DNA of 64,000 bases from Sporopachydermia quercuum (taxonomy: Eukaryota). The stretch lies in contig BCGN01000001.1 of NCBI GenBank assembly GCA_001599295.1, positions 1,302,001 through 1,366,000 on the forward strand, in the 5' to 3' direction. Below are positions 11,797 through 25,244 of this stretch, in pieces. Under the pieces are notes generated by a model. That model made no database searches and was not told the DNA's origin. It saw only the letters and a list, made by a program, of their open reading frames with translations. The translations under genes and the position numbers were made by a program. The first letter of the stretch is position 1. Each line of letters begins with the position of its first letter.

Positions 11797-13257
11797 TCAT
11801 AAAGCAGAAAATATAAATAAATTATTAGTTGCTGCAATGGCGACTGAGTTTTCTTGAGGATGCCAGCTCAAATGAAGAATGCTCTTCTTATAGTCAATGT
11901 TTTCTGTGTCTATGTCCTTCCTTATGCCACCAATAATGCCTTTCTTACGTCGGTTGATTACGGAAGGCGCATTCATCCGCTTCGTTTTAAAGGCGCTCTT
12001 ATCAGCTTGAAGCACGATTTCAGTTTCTTCATCTTCTTCGTCTTCATCTTCATCTTCATCTTCGTCATCTTCATCTTGAACATTGACTGTTCTGGATTTT
12101 TTCTTCTTTCCATCATCCTCTCCTACTGCATTCGGATAGATCATAAAGTTATTGTTGTAAGAACCAGTCATAACGCTGCGTCCATCCCCGGAAAACACAA
12201 CTTCAAACTTATCAAAAATAGCATCGTTCTCATATGGATCACACAATCTGTCCCTCAAATGGTCATGTACATTTATTGTCTTTACAGGTTCTCTTTCCAT
12301 ATTCACATCCCAAATTTTCACAGTCAAGTAATCACGAGAGACAATGTATCTTCCGTCTTGAGAAAACTTGACATCTGATATAGATGATGTAATTTCTGTA
12401 AAAAATGAATGCTGTGCAGGATCCATCCACTCTTCAAATATCTTAGCATGCGAATCGCAAAGTGCATTTTCTCTCATATCTGCCAATTTGATGGTTCCTT
12501 TACTTGAAGAATACATGAAAAGATTGCATGAGGTAGGATGAAATTCGGCACAAGTTATAACTTCTGTAAGCTCTTCCATATTTGCTGGTTTGATATCAAC
12601 AATATTAAAAGATTGATCAGCAATAGCCATATTCCAAAGATTGATACGAAGATCGTCAGCCGAAATGAACGTTTCGCCATCGGAGTTGACAGATATGGAA
12701 TTAATGTGGTAAGCATGCGCGTTGGAGTAAATCCTTCTTGGGGCGGCTGCGATAATCGTATCATGAAGTGTCATACGAGGAAGTTTCAATGAAGACATTG
12801 AAATAGGTTTCTTGTCAACATTAGTGTTTGCTGGTCCAAGAACTGATGAGCTAGTGTTCGCATCTGAAAGATTATTTTCTGAAACTATTTTTAATGACTT
12901 TTCATATATTTTCCATAGCTTGATTGTTTTGTCGTTGGTTGATAACAGAAAATGAGCTTGGTTTTGGCGTTTACACCACTTGATTTTATTGATTTTCTCT
13001 TCAATCTCCAACGATTTCAAATAATCAAACTCGGCATCATGAGATTGAAATTCGGTATGAAATCTGTATTCACATCCCTTTTTGCTTTCATTTCTTTCAA
13101 AAAGTACCACACGACCACCTTTATCCCCAGTAGCAAGATAATTACCTGTATGATCAAACTCCACTGTCGATATTATATCAGCCTCTGTGATGTTCTCTAT
13201 ATCTCCTTTATCACCAAAGCATTGGGAAAACTTCCAGTTGTGGTTACTCAAAGCCAT
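11797..13257 (-). CDS. CDC55: Protein phosphatase 2A B55 regulatory subunit (WD40)
   Basis: [65 protein letters not shown] and ATNNLFIF. Confidence 0.97.
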   Translation of the reverse strand: MALSNHNWKFSQCFGDKGDIENITEADIISTVEFDHTGNYLATGDKGGRVVLFERNESKKGCEYRFHTEFQSHDAEFDYLKSLEIEEKINKIKWCKRQNQAHFLLSTNDKTIKLWKIYEKSLKIVSENNLSDANTSSSVLGPANTNVDKKPISMSSLKLPRMTLHDTIIAAAPRRIYSNAHAYHINSISVNSDGETFISADDLRINLWNMAIADQSFNIVDIKPANMEELTEVITCAEFHPTSCNLFMYSSSKGTIKLADMRENALCDSHAKIFEEWMDPAQHSFFTEITSSISDVKFSQDGRYIVSRDYLTVKIWDVNMEREPVKTINVHDHLRDRLCDPYENDAIFDKFEVVFSGDGRSVMTGSYNNNFMIYPNAVGEDDGKKKKSRTVNVQDEDDEDEDEDEDEEDEETEIVLQADKSAFKTKRMNAPSVINRRKKGIIGGIRKDIDTENIDYKKSILHLSWHPQENSVAIAATNNLFIFSAL

Positions 13258-14999
13258 TGCTTATCGATTTTTCGCTTTCACGTTCTGATTCACTTTATAT
13301 ATTTATCAAACAAACTGTTATTCATTTAATTTCAGTAAAAAAAAACTAAGGTAAAATAAAAAGGCTTATTTTCTATCTTCAATTGACTAATAAGTCCTTC
13401 CCAAGTGAACAAAAGAATGACCCGAATTCTCCTTTCATGTACTTCACAACTAGTGTCCAGTGTTTGGTTCACTTTTGTTCTGCAACATACAATGAATTAA
13501 ATTTGAATCCAATCGAAGTCGCATATCAAAGAAACTCTTAATAAAACAATAATTGATTGATTCGTATATATTCATTAATGCATTTAAAATATGTTCCGTA
13601 GTTTCCATTTTGCGATCGGTCTTCGCTACAAAAAATGTTTGCTGGATGAGGAACAAATTAAGAAGCAAAAAGGTTGAGCTACTTTTGTGATCACGTGTTA
13701 ACGCAAGCCTTACTTCATACTATAATGATACGAGGTGCTACGTTAGAGGTTACTGTAGTTACATATTGGTAGGAAATATAAGGAAATTGTGTTATATATA
13801 TAGAAAAATATGGTTTGGCGTATTCTGAATAAATAAACAGTTCGTAACATTAAACAACGAAGAGTAGAAGTATAACCTTCATCAATGATGTGAAGTGATA
13901 ACACCTAAGACAATGTCAGATTGTTGACGGAAGCTCTTGGTGGAAAGTCATCTATGTCTGTTTGCTCTATCAACAAGAACTACAACTCGCATACCTGGTG
14001 TAACAGGCTCTTTCTGTTATTGGCAATTATTATCTCAAGAAAAAGTCGGTCGATCTTTCTGATATATATGTATCGAATTCATATCTCCATATATAATATA
14101 TCAATATTAAAATACGTAGATCTTCCCCGTACAAAAATATATGATCTTGAGGTCACCCCTCACATTCTCTAATTGAAACTGTTTACATAATCAAATAAAG
14201 AAACGAGGTTTACCTTCCCAAGCATACTGAACATACAACAGATCTTTACTATGGCACTTTAATCAAACATTATGGATTATGTAATATACAATCAATCCGT
14301 CAGGAAAATTTCCTAGCCAAAATAAAGTGGTCTGACACTAACACAAAAAACTTCGAGTTTGGGGAGAGAGACTGTCAAAGAAAAAAGCATAATGAATTAT
14401 TGAAGGAAAAATCAGAATAGCTGATAATGATGCTATGTTATTGATTTTCTTAATTCTAGATGTGTTTTTTGTATCAATTGCTGTTCTATTTTCTAGTACC
14501 TCAATAAAATGTAATTTCCACTCACAAAAATTCGACCCAGAATGTACATTGTCTTATTCAGCCAACAAGGAGTCAGCAAACAGTAAGCTACATAATGCCA
14601 AACGTAACTCATCCTACTATTGGTCCCATTTCTTATCAATTTTCTCATGAAAGCGATTATATTAAAACTATTCATATAGAAATAAATACTTATTATAATT
14701 GTATCATCGATTTCTCAATAATTCCTAGTGAAATTTTCCTTAGTTTATAATCATACCATTACGCCAGTTTCCGCAGGTGCCAATTTTGAAAATCAGCATA
14801 CAAATTCGGGCAGGAAAATCCTTTACGTTTATTTGCTGCTTTCGGCCACTGTTTTCTTCTTCCTTGTTTTTTGGAGATCGGCAAATGTAGAGTAATTAGA
14901 AAAGAAAGTAGACTGATACTTTGTTTGTTTATTGATTTGTTTTAATCTATGGATAATCCATTGAGGAACAGCATCAATTTGATCAATATATAATTAAAG

Positions 15000-15953
15000 A
15001 GTAAGTTAACAGAGTTGATTGGAGGGAATCTTAGAGCTAAACAGTCAGTCATATGAGTGTTCCTGATTGGATGAGGTGGGATGAGATAAAAAAAAGTTGA
15101 GAATTTTTATGAATCAATAGCTTCAAAACCAAAATGTGAATAAGTGTGAATATCGTGATGGAATATTGTAGCCGTTGTTGGTACACTTGTTGGTGTTTAG
15201 TGAAAGAGAAAGAAATGTTAGTTCGATAAATGGTAGTTGAGATTATGTGATATAAACAGCTTAGTAGAGCATTTCATGTCAGTCTACAATGTAAATCGAT
15301 ATTGATAACTACCAGAATCAATTTTTTTATTTTTTATTCATCTGGAAGTATAGGCCTTTCCCCAATCTTGAGTTCTGGCCGTTTACTGTCGCAGTATTCG
15401 GATACTTCGTCCTCGAGTTTTGCTCTATGAAACTCGTATTTCTTATGTGTTTATCGAATGATTCTAACAAATTTTAGTGTTTGCACTTATTTTACGTCGT
15501 CAAGCTGCTTTTGCTGTCAGATCTCCGGCTGTTAGAGCTTTCTCTGTTGCTCGCGTTTCTTTCTCCGACAAGGTCGCTAAAGTTGCTAATACTTTGGCCG
15601 ATGTAGATGGCCCAGAAAGTCTTTTTGGTCCTGGTGCTAAAGAAAACACCATCCCTACTGATTTGGAACAAGCCACTGGTTTAGAACGTCTTGAACTTTT
15701 GGGTAAATTAGAAGGTGTTGAGGTTTTTGATAACTCCGTTCTAGACTCAAGTAGAAAAGGTACCCTTACTGATCCTATCATCATTGACTCATATGATGAC
15801 TACAGATATGTCGGATGCACCGGCTCTCCAGCTGGATCCCACGAAGTCCTCTGGATGAAGGTTCAGGAAGAAGATGTTTCCAGATGCTGGGAATGTGGTT
15901 CCGTGTATAAGCTCAATCCTCTTAATGTCCTCAAGGATGACCATCATCATTAA
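15000..15953 (+). CDS. COX4: Cytochrome c oxidase subunit IV (COX5B family); start codon split by intron 15001-15477
   Basis: PTDLEQATGLERLELLG and the Zn ligands in VGCTG...HEVLW...RCWECGSVYKL. Branch TTCTAAC and TTTAG acceptor immediately precede TG TTT GCA; donor A|GTAAGT at 15000/15001. Confidence 0.92.
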
Positions 15954-16214
15954 GCACTGGTGATAGGAATAACATCCCCTTTATATTCTCACCATTTTGT
16001 TTATTTTATTATTACGCAGCATTTGGTTAGTATCGGATTGATGTATTTGCTCATTTATCGTCAGTTTGTTTGTAGCCATAAGCACATTTTATATTTTCTC
16101 ATATTTATACTTTTGTAGGAATAACTATTTACTATCAGAGTCTACTCAAGGCTTGAAAGAGCCCATCATTGATCTATTTTCATCTACTTCAAAGAACCTC
16201 TGCAGTCAATCTAT

Positions 16215-17469
16215 CTAAACTGGGGTTAAACCAGGTCCATTGCTCTCCAAAACATTTCTGATATTTGCAATACAAATGTCCATAGTAGTTTCACTATTTT
16301 CAAAAGTTGCAGACCCGATATGAGGCAACAATTTAACATTCCATTTTTTTAATAATCCTTCGTGAACAATAGGTTCTTTCTCAAAGACATCTAATCCAAC
16401 TGAAGATACATGGCCACTATCTAAAGCTTCGACTAAATCGTTTTCATTGATCAAAGCACCTCTCCCCACATTCACAATTTTAACTCCTGGCTTCATTTTG
16501 GCAATTGAATCTTTGTTTACCATATATTTCGTTTCTGGAGTCAAAGGCAAAGCCAGAACAAGAAGGTCAATATTTGGTAAGATGGAATCTATATCGGTGT
16601 GATAAACAGCAGGATATCCCAGGTCCTTAGTTTCTTCTTCAGATAAAGGTTGTCTTTTAACGTAATGAACTTTCATCCCTATGACATCCAATCGTTTTCC
16701 AATGGCTTTCCCAATGGCTCCAAACCCAACAATACCAGCTACATGACCATAAGGCTCATGAACGCGCAGTCCTCCAACTTGATGACCATACGCAAACCTT
16801 CCCTTCTCAAAATCATCAGTTGGTAGTCCCGTTTCATTATCAAATGTCTCAGAACCCAGTCTTTCACGACTAGCAAGAACATGACCTGTACTTCTCAGAG
16901 TATGTTCAAACATTGATGCAAATCGGAAAGTATCCAGTGTCAAGAGCAATGCAATATCAGCTACTCTTTCAGAGGCTCCAACATTGGCAGTTGGAGTGTT
17001 ACAAAATATGATACCTTTAGCCTTTAAAGCATTAATATCAAATGCATCATGGCCTGCTGGTTTACTTGCAATAATTTTCAAAGTATCTGGTAAAGCATCT
17101 ATAATATCATCGTTAAATTTTCCTACTTTCTGCTTATCATTAGTACTATATTCTATTTCAAACTGTCCTAAAAAAGTAATGAAGTAGCAACACTATCTTC
17201 TTTAGACATACGTGGAATCCTATCCAAGAACTCAAAATTGCTGAAATATCGTTGAACTTGGTTTTGAAGTCTTCTATCAATTGTTCTCGATTATTTGGTA
17301 CTTCGTAATTCTAGTGAAACTATGTTAGACCTTGAATCATGTCCATGCAAGATAATGCTACTGTATTGCTAATACTTACAATTACTTCATAATCCTCCAA
17401 GAACTTGGCCTCAGCGTCCGTATGAGCTTCGTTAAATCCAACGAAAAGAACCTTTTGTTTATTTGTCAT
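16215..17469 (-). CDS. D-isomer-specific 2-hydroxyacid dehydrogenase (glyoxylate reductase / D-mandelate dehydrogenase-like; 3 exons: 17469-17380, 17310-17212, 17129-16215)
   Basis: Rossmann motif GIVGFGAIG and catalytic Arg/Glu/His motifs VNVGRG, DVFEKE and PHIGS. Two phase-0 introns (GTAAGT...CTAAC...TAG; GTATGT...CTAAT...CAG) join MTNKQKVLFVG in frame. Confidence 0.85.
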
Positions 17470-18521
17470 TTGTCTAGTTTTGAATATACTATGCCTTGCA
17501 ATAACCTCCTTGTCTCTTATTAATGGTGTGGGGTATTGAAACTAGATCTGACGTATACTATACTAATGTTTGTTTGCTTTCTTTCAGTAGCGAATAGACC
17601 TAAATGACCTTCTTGATAGATACTTGAGATGTTGTTCTGAATTTATTAATTTATTAATTCAAGAAAAGTTTGACCGAAAATTTAGTACAATTTGATAAGG
17701 AGAAAAACAACATCCAAGCACTTTTAAGGTTTGAATTTAGTCCATCCGAAATATATTGGAAAATTAAAAGATCTGACCCGATTTTATTAAGTACTGCGAA
17801 TTTTTACCTTAAAGGATAAGAGATCGAGAAAACTCGGCCTAGCTACTCACTATTATGAAACATTTTATTTCCAGTTTTTGCTACCTAGTAAATATATTAT
17901 TATCCTGATGTGTGTTGTATTAGGTTGGAGATACCTATTTCATTACTATGGCTACGAATTATGATATTTCCTATTGTTCTCATGTTATCCCATAGTGCTT
18001 ATTGGCTTAATAGTAGACAAGAACTTACTCTGTAACAGTCTGGTAGGAAACTAACCCAAAACTCTTGTCAATTATGGGACCACATAAATGAAAGGGAATC
18101 GGCTCTGGGCGGTTGAACATGGAAGAACCACATCGTTTCCGTGCTTATTACCTATTAAGAATCAAGAACTCGGCTGATTTCATTAATTGTCGATAGAAAT
18201 GAGTGCATTGCACTCAGGGATTGTGTGGATACGTTGTAAATGATTGATTGGTCCATAGCATGTTTTGGGATCCGATTACGTGATTTCAAGTGAGTATTCC
18301 TTAAGGTGATTAGGTAACGCTACTCTGCATAACTATTGTAAGTGATCGAATATCTACTTTCGTGTAACCATTACAGAGTAGGACAAAATGAAATAGTTTA
18401 GCAAACATACTGATTGCATGATGATGAGCGAAATACTTTACCAAAAAAAAAGTTATAACATTCTATGCTAATGAAAAATAGATCCTATATAATAAATATG
18501 TGAAACAGAGAAAGGCATAGC

Positions 18522-19259
18522 TTACAAGTCTGCTCTAGTAAGTTTTCTGATATCGTTAGGCTCGTCACTCGTTAGTACTTTAGGACCACTGAAAGGTTCA
18601 CAATCCTTTCTCTTTCCATTCAAAGGACCAGGAATAACTGTTTTACCTGCTTGGAAATCCTTTAAGATACTAATAGTGCCTTCGGCAGTTAGATCTTCGT
18701 AATAATCGTCATTAATAGCAATCATCGGAGCATTAACACACGCACCAAGACATTCAACTTCGGATATCGTGAACAATCCATCAGGAGTTGTTTGACCTGG
18801 TTTGATGCCAAGGTGACTTGTCACAGCCTCCATGATAGAGTCTGAGTTGCACAGTTGACAAGGTGTAGTAGTACAGACTTGGATATGATATTTTCCCATA
18901 GGTTGACGGTTGAACATGGTGTAAAAAGAAGCCACTTCATAAACACGCATTGGTGGAATATCAAGCATTTTGGCTACATAATTCATAACGGAAATTGATG
19001 TGAAACCAAGTTGACGTTGACCAAGGTCAAGCAATGGCATTGTAGCACCTTTCTTATATTGAGGCGGATATTTCGCAATAATTTCTTTTGCTCTTTCCAA
19101 ATTTTCAGGAGTGAACTCAAATGGTAAATCTGGATTGTTGGTTTTAGTATTGCGATGAACAGAAAGGATGTGTGATCTAGCAACGCTAGCGTTGCTGAAA
19201 GAACGGACGTTCTTCATGCCAGCTAATGGTTTCCGCAATGCGGTCCTTATACAAGACAT
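18522..19259 (-). CDS. NDUFV2: NADH:ubiquinone oxidoreductase (Complex I) 24-kDa subunit, 2Fe-2S (NuoE/NUHM)
   Basis: [33 protein letters not shown] and the 2Fe-2S ligands [10 protein letters not shown] and [11 protein letters not shown]. Confidence 0.95.
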   Translation of the reverse strand: MSCIRTALRKPLAGMKNVRSFSNASVARSHILSVHRNTKTNNPDLPFEFTPENLERAKEIIAKYPPQYKKGATMPLLDLGQRQLGFTSISVMNYVAKMLDIPPMRVYEVASFYTMFNRQPMGKYHIQVCTTTPCQLCNSDSIMEAVTSHLGIKPGQTTPDGLFTISEVECLGACVNAPMIAINDDYYEDLTAEGTISILKDFQAGKTVIPGPLNGKRKDCEPFSGPKVLTSDEPNDIRKLTRADL

Positions 19260-20217
19260 TGTGAAGTGAATATATGCAAATCAGTTCGTTAAGTGTGATG
19301 GAATTCTTTCCCTGATGATAATCCCGGTCTGTAGTATAGTTTCTATGCTGCAACTCTCTACCTATATTCTGAATTATCGTTCGTTGATAACCAATTTTGT
19401 TAACCACCAATAAAAATGCAAAATCTTAGTAAATACTGGCAAATTAGTATTGGATCCTTATTTGTTCTTCACCCTTCGTTTCTATAATTCCCCTATTCTT
19501 CTTTCTTTATTACTTCACCGTCAATGATCTCACAGTGGTGTATCAAAAAGAATAATGAAACTCTTGGATATGGAAATAATAATAAAGAATTGACCTGACC
19601 TGACCTATATATGCTTCTCATAGTAAAATCCTCCAACGGTACACTCTTGTGTACGGACCATAGGTGTCTCTTATTATTAATGCAAGACTTTCTATTTGAT
19701 TGTGTGGAGTTTGTTTGGAGTTATTCCGCAAATGATCATATCAACACAACAACAATAAAACAATCAGTCGGTTGAGATATTAGAGTGAAAGTCGAATATA
19801 ATATTATTATTGGTAAATTAGCAACCGCTTCTATTTTTGTACTTTGGAACGACTATCAATCAGGTCTGCATAATACTTCANAGTATTTAAGTTACTCTCC
19901 TATTACTTGAGCTCTACAAAATAAAAAGATACACGTTTTACGTATAGAGTAATGGACAAAGATATTTCAAGTCAACTGATTGGCTAGTGGACATAAAGTC
20001 TCATTTGAACTTGATATTAATGATTATGTGATATTGAAAATATATGTAAGAATATGCGGAGTAGGTACGATACACATTGATCTACATGAGAGAAAAGTGG
20101 ACAAGAAAATTTGATCTAATAATTAGAGTATTATTTATAGGATATTTAGGTAGCAGCATCAAGATAATACATTTGATTGACATGGTAAGTGTAAGTGTTA
20201 AATTGGTATTAATTAGA

Positions 20218-22027
20218 TTAATCATCTTGATCCCAGTTACCAGGTCTAGGTTGTTTCGGCATCTGAGGACCACCAGCACGTTTAGCCATGATGATCTGGT
20301 CAACAGAAAGAATAGTGTTGGTAGTGTCAGTAGCCAGTTCGATTGCCTTCTTCTTAGCAGCAAGTAAATCAAATATTTGTAGCTCTTGGGTATTCACGAG
20401 GTTTGTTTCGGTTTCTCCTTCGGCATCAATTCCAATAACGAAACCGTTAGATTCCTTTGAATGACTAGCATATAATCTACTTAGCACTTCACTAGCATCA
20501 AGGCCAGAATTTTCAGCCAAAGTACGAGGAATTATTTCAAAAGCTTCAGCAAAAGCCTTTATGGCATGTTGTAATATACCAGGAGTCTTTTCTCCATAAG
20601 CCGTAATTTTACTGAGCAATTCAGCCTCAGTGGCACCTGCACCAGGAACCAATCTGTTATCCTTAGTTAAACCCTTAATCACGTTAACACCGTCATCAAT
20701 AGCACGCTCAATATCATCTAAGTTATTTTGTGTGGCACCTCTAACAAGGATTGTAGCTGTTCGCGTGGTTTCCTTTTCCTGTCTCAAGACTGTTACTCTG
20801 TCTCCACCAATCTCAACGGTTTCAACAATGTCAATAACGCCCATCTCATCAGGCATGGGGGCACCCAGTCTTGGTAATGGTGTAGCACCAACAACTCTGC
20901 AGACTCTTCTCAAATCAAACTTGCTGGGAACTCTTAAAACTAAAATACCGTATCTATTCAAATAATGTAGAGCTAACTCACCAACATTTGCTCCAGCGAT
21001 GATCACTTTCAATCCTGAGTCAGATAGTTCTTTTACCATAGCTTCAATTTGTGCTTCTTCTCCCTTAGAAAAGTTCAATAGCTCATTAGCATTGTGCAGT
21101 AAAACGGTACCTTTAGTTTCGGTAGTTGTGATATCAATGGGACAAGTGAAAACACCAACTTTTGATTTTCCAACCTTCTTGACGTGTCCCTCAGGTTCTC
21201 TTGGAAAAACCATACCTTTCACAACTTTACTTCCTTCTAAACTATTTCCCATAATTTTGACTACCCTAACACTATCAACATTGAAAGATTTTACGTTCTT
21301 GGGTAAAACATACTCAATAGCTTCAGTGACCAGTTCAGCAAGAAAATCTTCATTACCAAACTGTTTTGAAGCAATAGCAGTTTTTACCGCCTTGGCTAAT
21401 TCAGTCTTGGAGGAAAAGTCTTCAACTTTATCGACGACCAATTTATCTAATGTGTCTAAGGCATATTTCTTAGCTAAATCGTATCCTTGAACAATCTCTG
21501 ATGTGCTCAATCCCAATCTCAATAAGTATTCAGCCTTGTTTAATAATTCTCCCGATAAAGCAATCACTAAGTTTGTGGCATCACCAATCTATTAACTCGT
21601 TAGTACTCATATAATTAATCATTCAAAATGTTGAAAAAAGTGCCTACCTCTTGTTCTTGCTGTTGACTTGCCATGACTATTAGTTTGGCGGCAGGATGTA
21701 CGACATCCAACTCTTTCATCATTGTTGCAGCATCATTTGTTATGAAAACTTTTTGAATGTCTAAACTCGTCCAGTTAGTTTTGTTCTTTTTACTTGTTCA
21801 TAGTTGCAATTCGATTTCATATTACGAATCCGTAAACCAAACATCCATCACATACGATTAACGACAATCTTGTTTCGACCACATGGTCCTATGGATGTCA
21901 AAACCATCGAGGAAATTTCTCTACATGCTTGAATATTTCTGTAAACTGCACCATCTTCTCGTTGATATGTTTGATAGCCAGGCTTGAAAAGCCCAGCATT
22001 AGGAGCTGAAGGTAATCGAAGTGCCAT
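20218..22027 (-). CDS. CCT8: Chaperonin CCT/TRiC theta subunit (3 exons: 22027-21856, 21760-21648, 21588-20218)
   Basis: MALRLPSAPNAGLFKPGY start, TSIGPCGRNKIVVN, ITNDAATMMKELDVVHPAAK, QEIGDATN and C-terminal VDQIIMAKRAGGP...NWDQDD. Introns 21855-21761 and 21647-21589. Confidence 0.95.
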
Positions 22028-22835
22028 TCTGATTTGTTTATCTTCGTTAGTGAACTCTGACTCTAAATTTTGCAATCACAGTCAAAATTCAATTGTCGGG
22101 ATATCTATTTAAAAGTAAGTGATATCTCTTTTAGATCCAGTTAATATACCATCATCAATCGTTGGTTGACGTGTTCTTCGCCTTCATAACCGAATTTGAT
22201 TCACTTTCATATTTTCTGAGGCACTGAAAATTGAATTTTTCGCGTTGTCCCAGAATCTAATGACTGATTACTAGTACCAATATTTACCTACTGGTGTATA
22301 TTTCAGAACCACAATCTTTTCCTGCAGAGTTCTGGGTGCTTGAGGTGAGTTGTGGTTACTTCTCACACCATTTGGGGACTTGAATAAACAATCTTTGTAC
22401 GGAGAAACAGCGATTTCTATTGTATCGGAGACCTGTAAAAAGGAAATCCCCTTAACCTACTCACCAAGAATAGGTACGACACATCAGCAATTACCCTTCG
22501 GCTAGTATTCAATTTAGTCAACTTGGGAGAAGTTTTGTTAGTAAACAGTAGACTGGCAAATCAGCTGGACTACCGAAGAATACAGAAAACCAATGGGTGT
22601 TGGTATTACTATAGCGTAAGCAAATGCTGAATATCAAAGGTCAATTGACATACGGGATATGAGGTAAAGTCTCTGTAGTGCTTAATAGCTGAAAGATAAT
22701 ACAAACAAGTAATGTTGCCAGTTTGAAAATCAAGCAAGATCTCTCCTTCTATTACTTTGGAAGTTGTATGTATCTATATTTACTAGCTTTGTAAATCTCT
22801 CTGCAACAAGAGTAGTGAAACGATAGATAATCATA

Positions 22836-25244
22836 ATGGCTGAAGTTGTAAAGAATGAGACTGTCAGGTCGAAATATAAACCTGATAACGCAAAAGATTT
22901 ACTAGATAATGAAGAATATGATCCTTTGCCACATCTCTCGCAGTTACTATCTGATTCCTCTTCTTTGAGATTGGTTCCCATTTATCTTGATCATATAAAT
23001 AGCTACAAGAAGGATTTGGATCATGAGTTAAATCAATTACTAAACGAATATGAGACTGATGACGCCAATGTGGATTTGAATACAACGGATGCTGAATTAG
23101 AAACATTAATAAAAGATGTGATAGCCACGCAGGAAATTGCAGAAAAAACAGAATCTAAGATCTCTCAAATGACACAAAGCATAAAACAATTGGATGAGGC
23201 TAAGAAGAATTTAGTTCTGTCTGTGACAGTTCTCAAAAGACTTCAGATGTTTGTTACTGCCTTTGAAAAGCTGAAGCAGTCAATGAGACAGAAGAATTAT
23301 GAGGATACATATCAAAGCTTGGGAGCCCTTACAGAATTAGCAGAATATTTCAAAACGTATAGGAGTGTTGATCAAGTTGCCATAATCAGTAAAGAAGTAA
23401 ATGTAGTGGAGCAAGAACTTGTGGATCAAGTATTTAAAGATTTTGAGGAAGCATTGTCTCCCAAAAGGACGGAATTTATAGATCATTCGTTATATTCGGA
23501 AATGGAAAATGCTTGTAAATGCCTCGATTTATTAGATAAGTCTTATCACGACAAACTAGTAACGTGGTATTGTAATCATCAACTTCGAGAACTGAGAGCA
23601 ATTTTCAAGAGTTCTGATGAAGCAGGTTCTTTAGAAAACGTATCTAGGAGATATGCATATATGAAGAAAACTATGAAGTTCCATGAAGATACTTTCTCTG
23701 CATTATTTCCTGATAACTGGAATGTTGAAATATATTTAGTAATGGCATTCTGTGAATCAACGAGGTCAGACATTATTGATGTATTATCTACTTCTGGTAA
23801 GAATACTAGTATTCACTTGCTTCTCTCGGCATTGCAAGATACACTAGAGTTTGAATCACTTTTAGAGAAAAAATTCCATGAAGAAATCAAGGAGCAACCT
23901 CAAGGAAACTCCGTTGAAGAATTTGGTGGTAAAATATCAAGTGCTTTTGAACCTTTTCTCAATATTTGGATTGAAAGTCAGGATTCTGTTCTGCAGAATA
24001 TGTTTCGAGAATTTATTGCTAATGGAACCAATATACCAGAAGATAAAGCAAAGTCCACAGTTATTCCGTCATCAGCAGACTTGTTTTATACCTATCGGCA
24101 GCAACTAGAACAATGTGCTAAATTATCAACTGGTAGTGCATTAGTTCCTTTATCCAAGCTTTTTGCTAAATGGCTAGATAGGTATTCTCAACAGGTGCTC
24201 AAGAAGTCATATCCTGAAAGAATCGTAAATGATGATGATATCAAAACTGTTTGTTTGATTATTAATACAGCAGATTACTGTTCAGCTACAATAAGTCAGT
24301 TAGAAGAAAAACTCTTGGAGATAGCAAATGAAAGTGTGAAAGACAAAATAGATCTCAGTGTCACGCAAAGTACATTCGTTGCAATTGTTAATTGCGGGAT
24401 GAGTTTATTAGTAGGCAAAGTTGAACAAGATTGTGATATTTCATGGAGAGAAATGCTGAATTCCAACTGGGCTAAAATACAACAAGTGGGTGACCAAAGC
24501 AATTATGTGCTAGGCCTCAAAGTGAATATTGAAACCTCATGTCAAAGTATATTTCCTAAGATTACCCGTGAAATATATAAACGATCGTTTTGTGATAAGA
24601 TTGTGGAGTATGTGGTTAACACATTTCTGAAGAACGTTGTAAGATGCCGACCTATTAATGAGATCGCCGCTCAACAGATGCAACTTGACCTTTATGTACT
24701 GAAAACAGTTTTCATGAAATTACCAACAATTGCATCACCAGAAGAGAAAACGCCTTCCGCTTTATATTCAAAACATGTGACTAAGAGTATGATGAAGATG
24801 GAAACTATTTTGAAAGTTCTAATGACAAGTGCTTCACCTCCAGAAGGATTAGTTCAAAATTATTTGTTCTTAATAGGAGATAAATCTACAACCAACTTTA
24901 TAAAAATACTAGAGCTGAAAGGAGTGCCTAAATCAAAACAACATGCAGTACTGAACCATTTCAAAGAGCTTATTTCAGCACATGATGATCTGATAGAGCA
25001 TTCGGCTTTAATGGATTTAATTGATGTACCACTGGAATCAGGTCCTTTAAATACGTTCTCTCTTCATCTATCGCGATCACCATCTTCACAGTCAACAGCT
25101 AGTACATTTTCAACATTAGCAAAGCCTAAAAGAGAGAGTATGGAAAGAACGTTGGAGAACTCCACTAACAAAATTAACGAAAATATTAAAAGCTTCGGAA
25201 GATTCTTTAGAAGAGATGCTAGTAATCCAAGCAAACCATTATAG
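22836..25244 (+). CDS. VPS53: GARP/EARP tethering complex subunit Vps53
   Basis: 802 aa; IKQLDEAKKNLVLSVTVLKRLQM, EAGSLENVSRRY, IINTADYC and AAQQMQLDLYVLK match the Vps53 family. Confidence 0.9.
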   Translation: MAEVVKNETVRSKYKPDNAKDLLDNEEYDPLPHLSQLLSDSSSLRLVPIYLDHINSYKKDLDHELNQLLNEYETDDANVDLNTTDAELETLIKDVIATQEIAEKTESKISQMTQSIKQLDEAKKNLVLSVTVLKRLQMFVTAFEKLKQSMRQKNYEDTYQSLGALTELAEYFKTYRSVDQVAIISKEVNVVEQELVDQVFKDFEEALSPKRTEFIDHSLYSEMENACKCLDLLDKSYHDKLVTWYCNHQLRELRAIFKSSDEAGSLENVSRRYAYMKKTMKFHEDTFSALFPDNWNVEIYLVMAFCESTRSDIIDVLSTSGKNTSIHLLLSALQDTLEFESLLEKKFHEEIKEQPQGNSVEEFGGKISSAFEPFLNIWIESQDSVLQNMFREFIANGTNIPEDKAKSTVIPSSADLFYTYRQQLEQCAKLSTGSALVPLSKLFAKWLDRYSQQVLKKSYPERIVNDDDIKTVCLIINTADYCSATISQLEEKLLEIANESVKDKIDLSVTQSTFVAIVNCGMSLLVGKVEQDCDISWREMLNSNWAKIQQVGDQSNYVLGLKVNIETSCQSIFPKITREIYKRSFCDKIVEYVVNTFLKNVVRCRPINEIAAQQMQLDLYVLKTVFMKLPTIASPEEKTPSALYSKHVTKSMMKMETILKVLMTSASPPEGLVQNYLFLIGDKSTTNFIKILELKGVPKSKQHAVLNHFKELISAHDDLIEHSALMDLIDVPLESGPLNTFSLHLSRSPSSQSTASTFSTLAKPKRESMERTLENSTNKINENIKSFGRFFRRDASNPSKPL

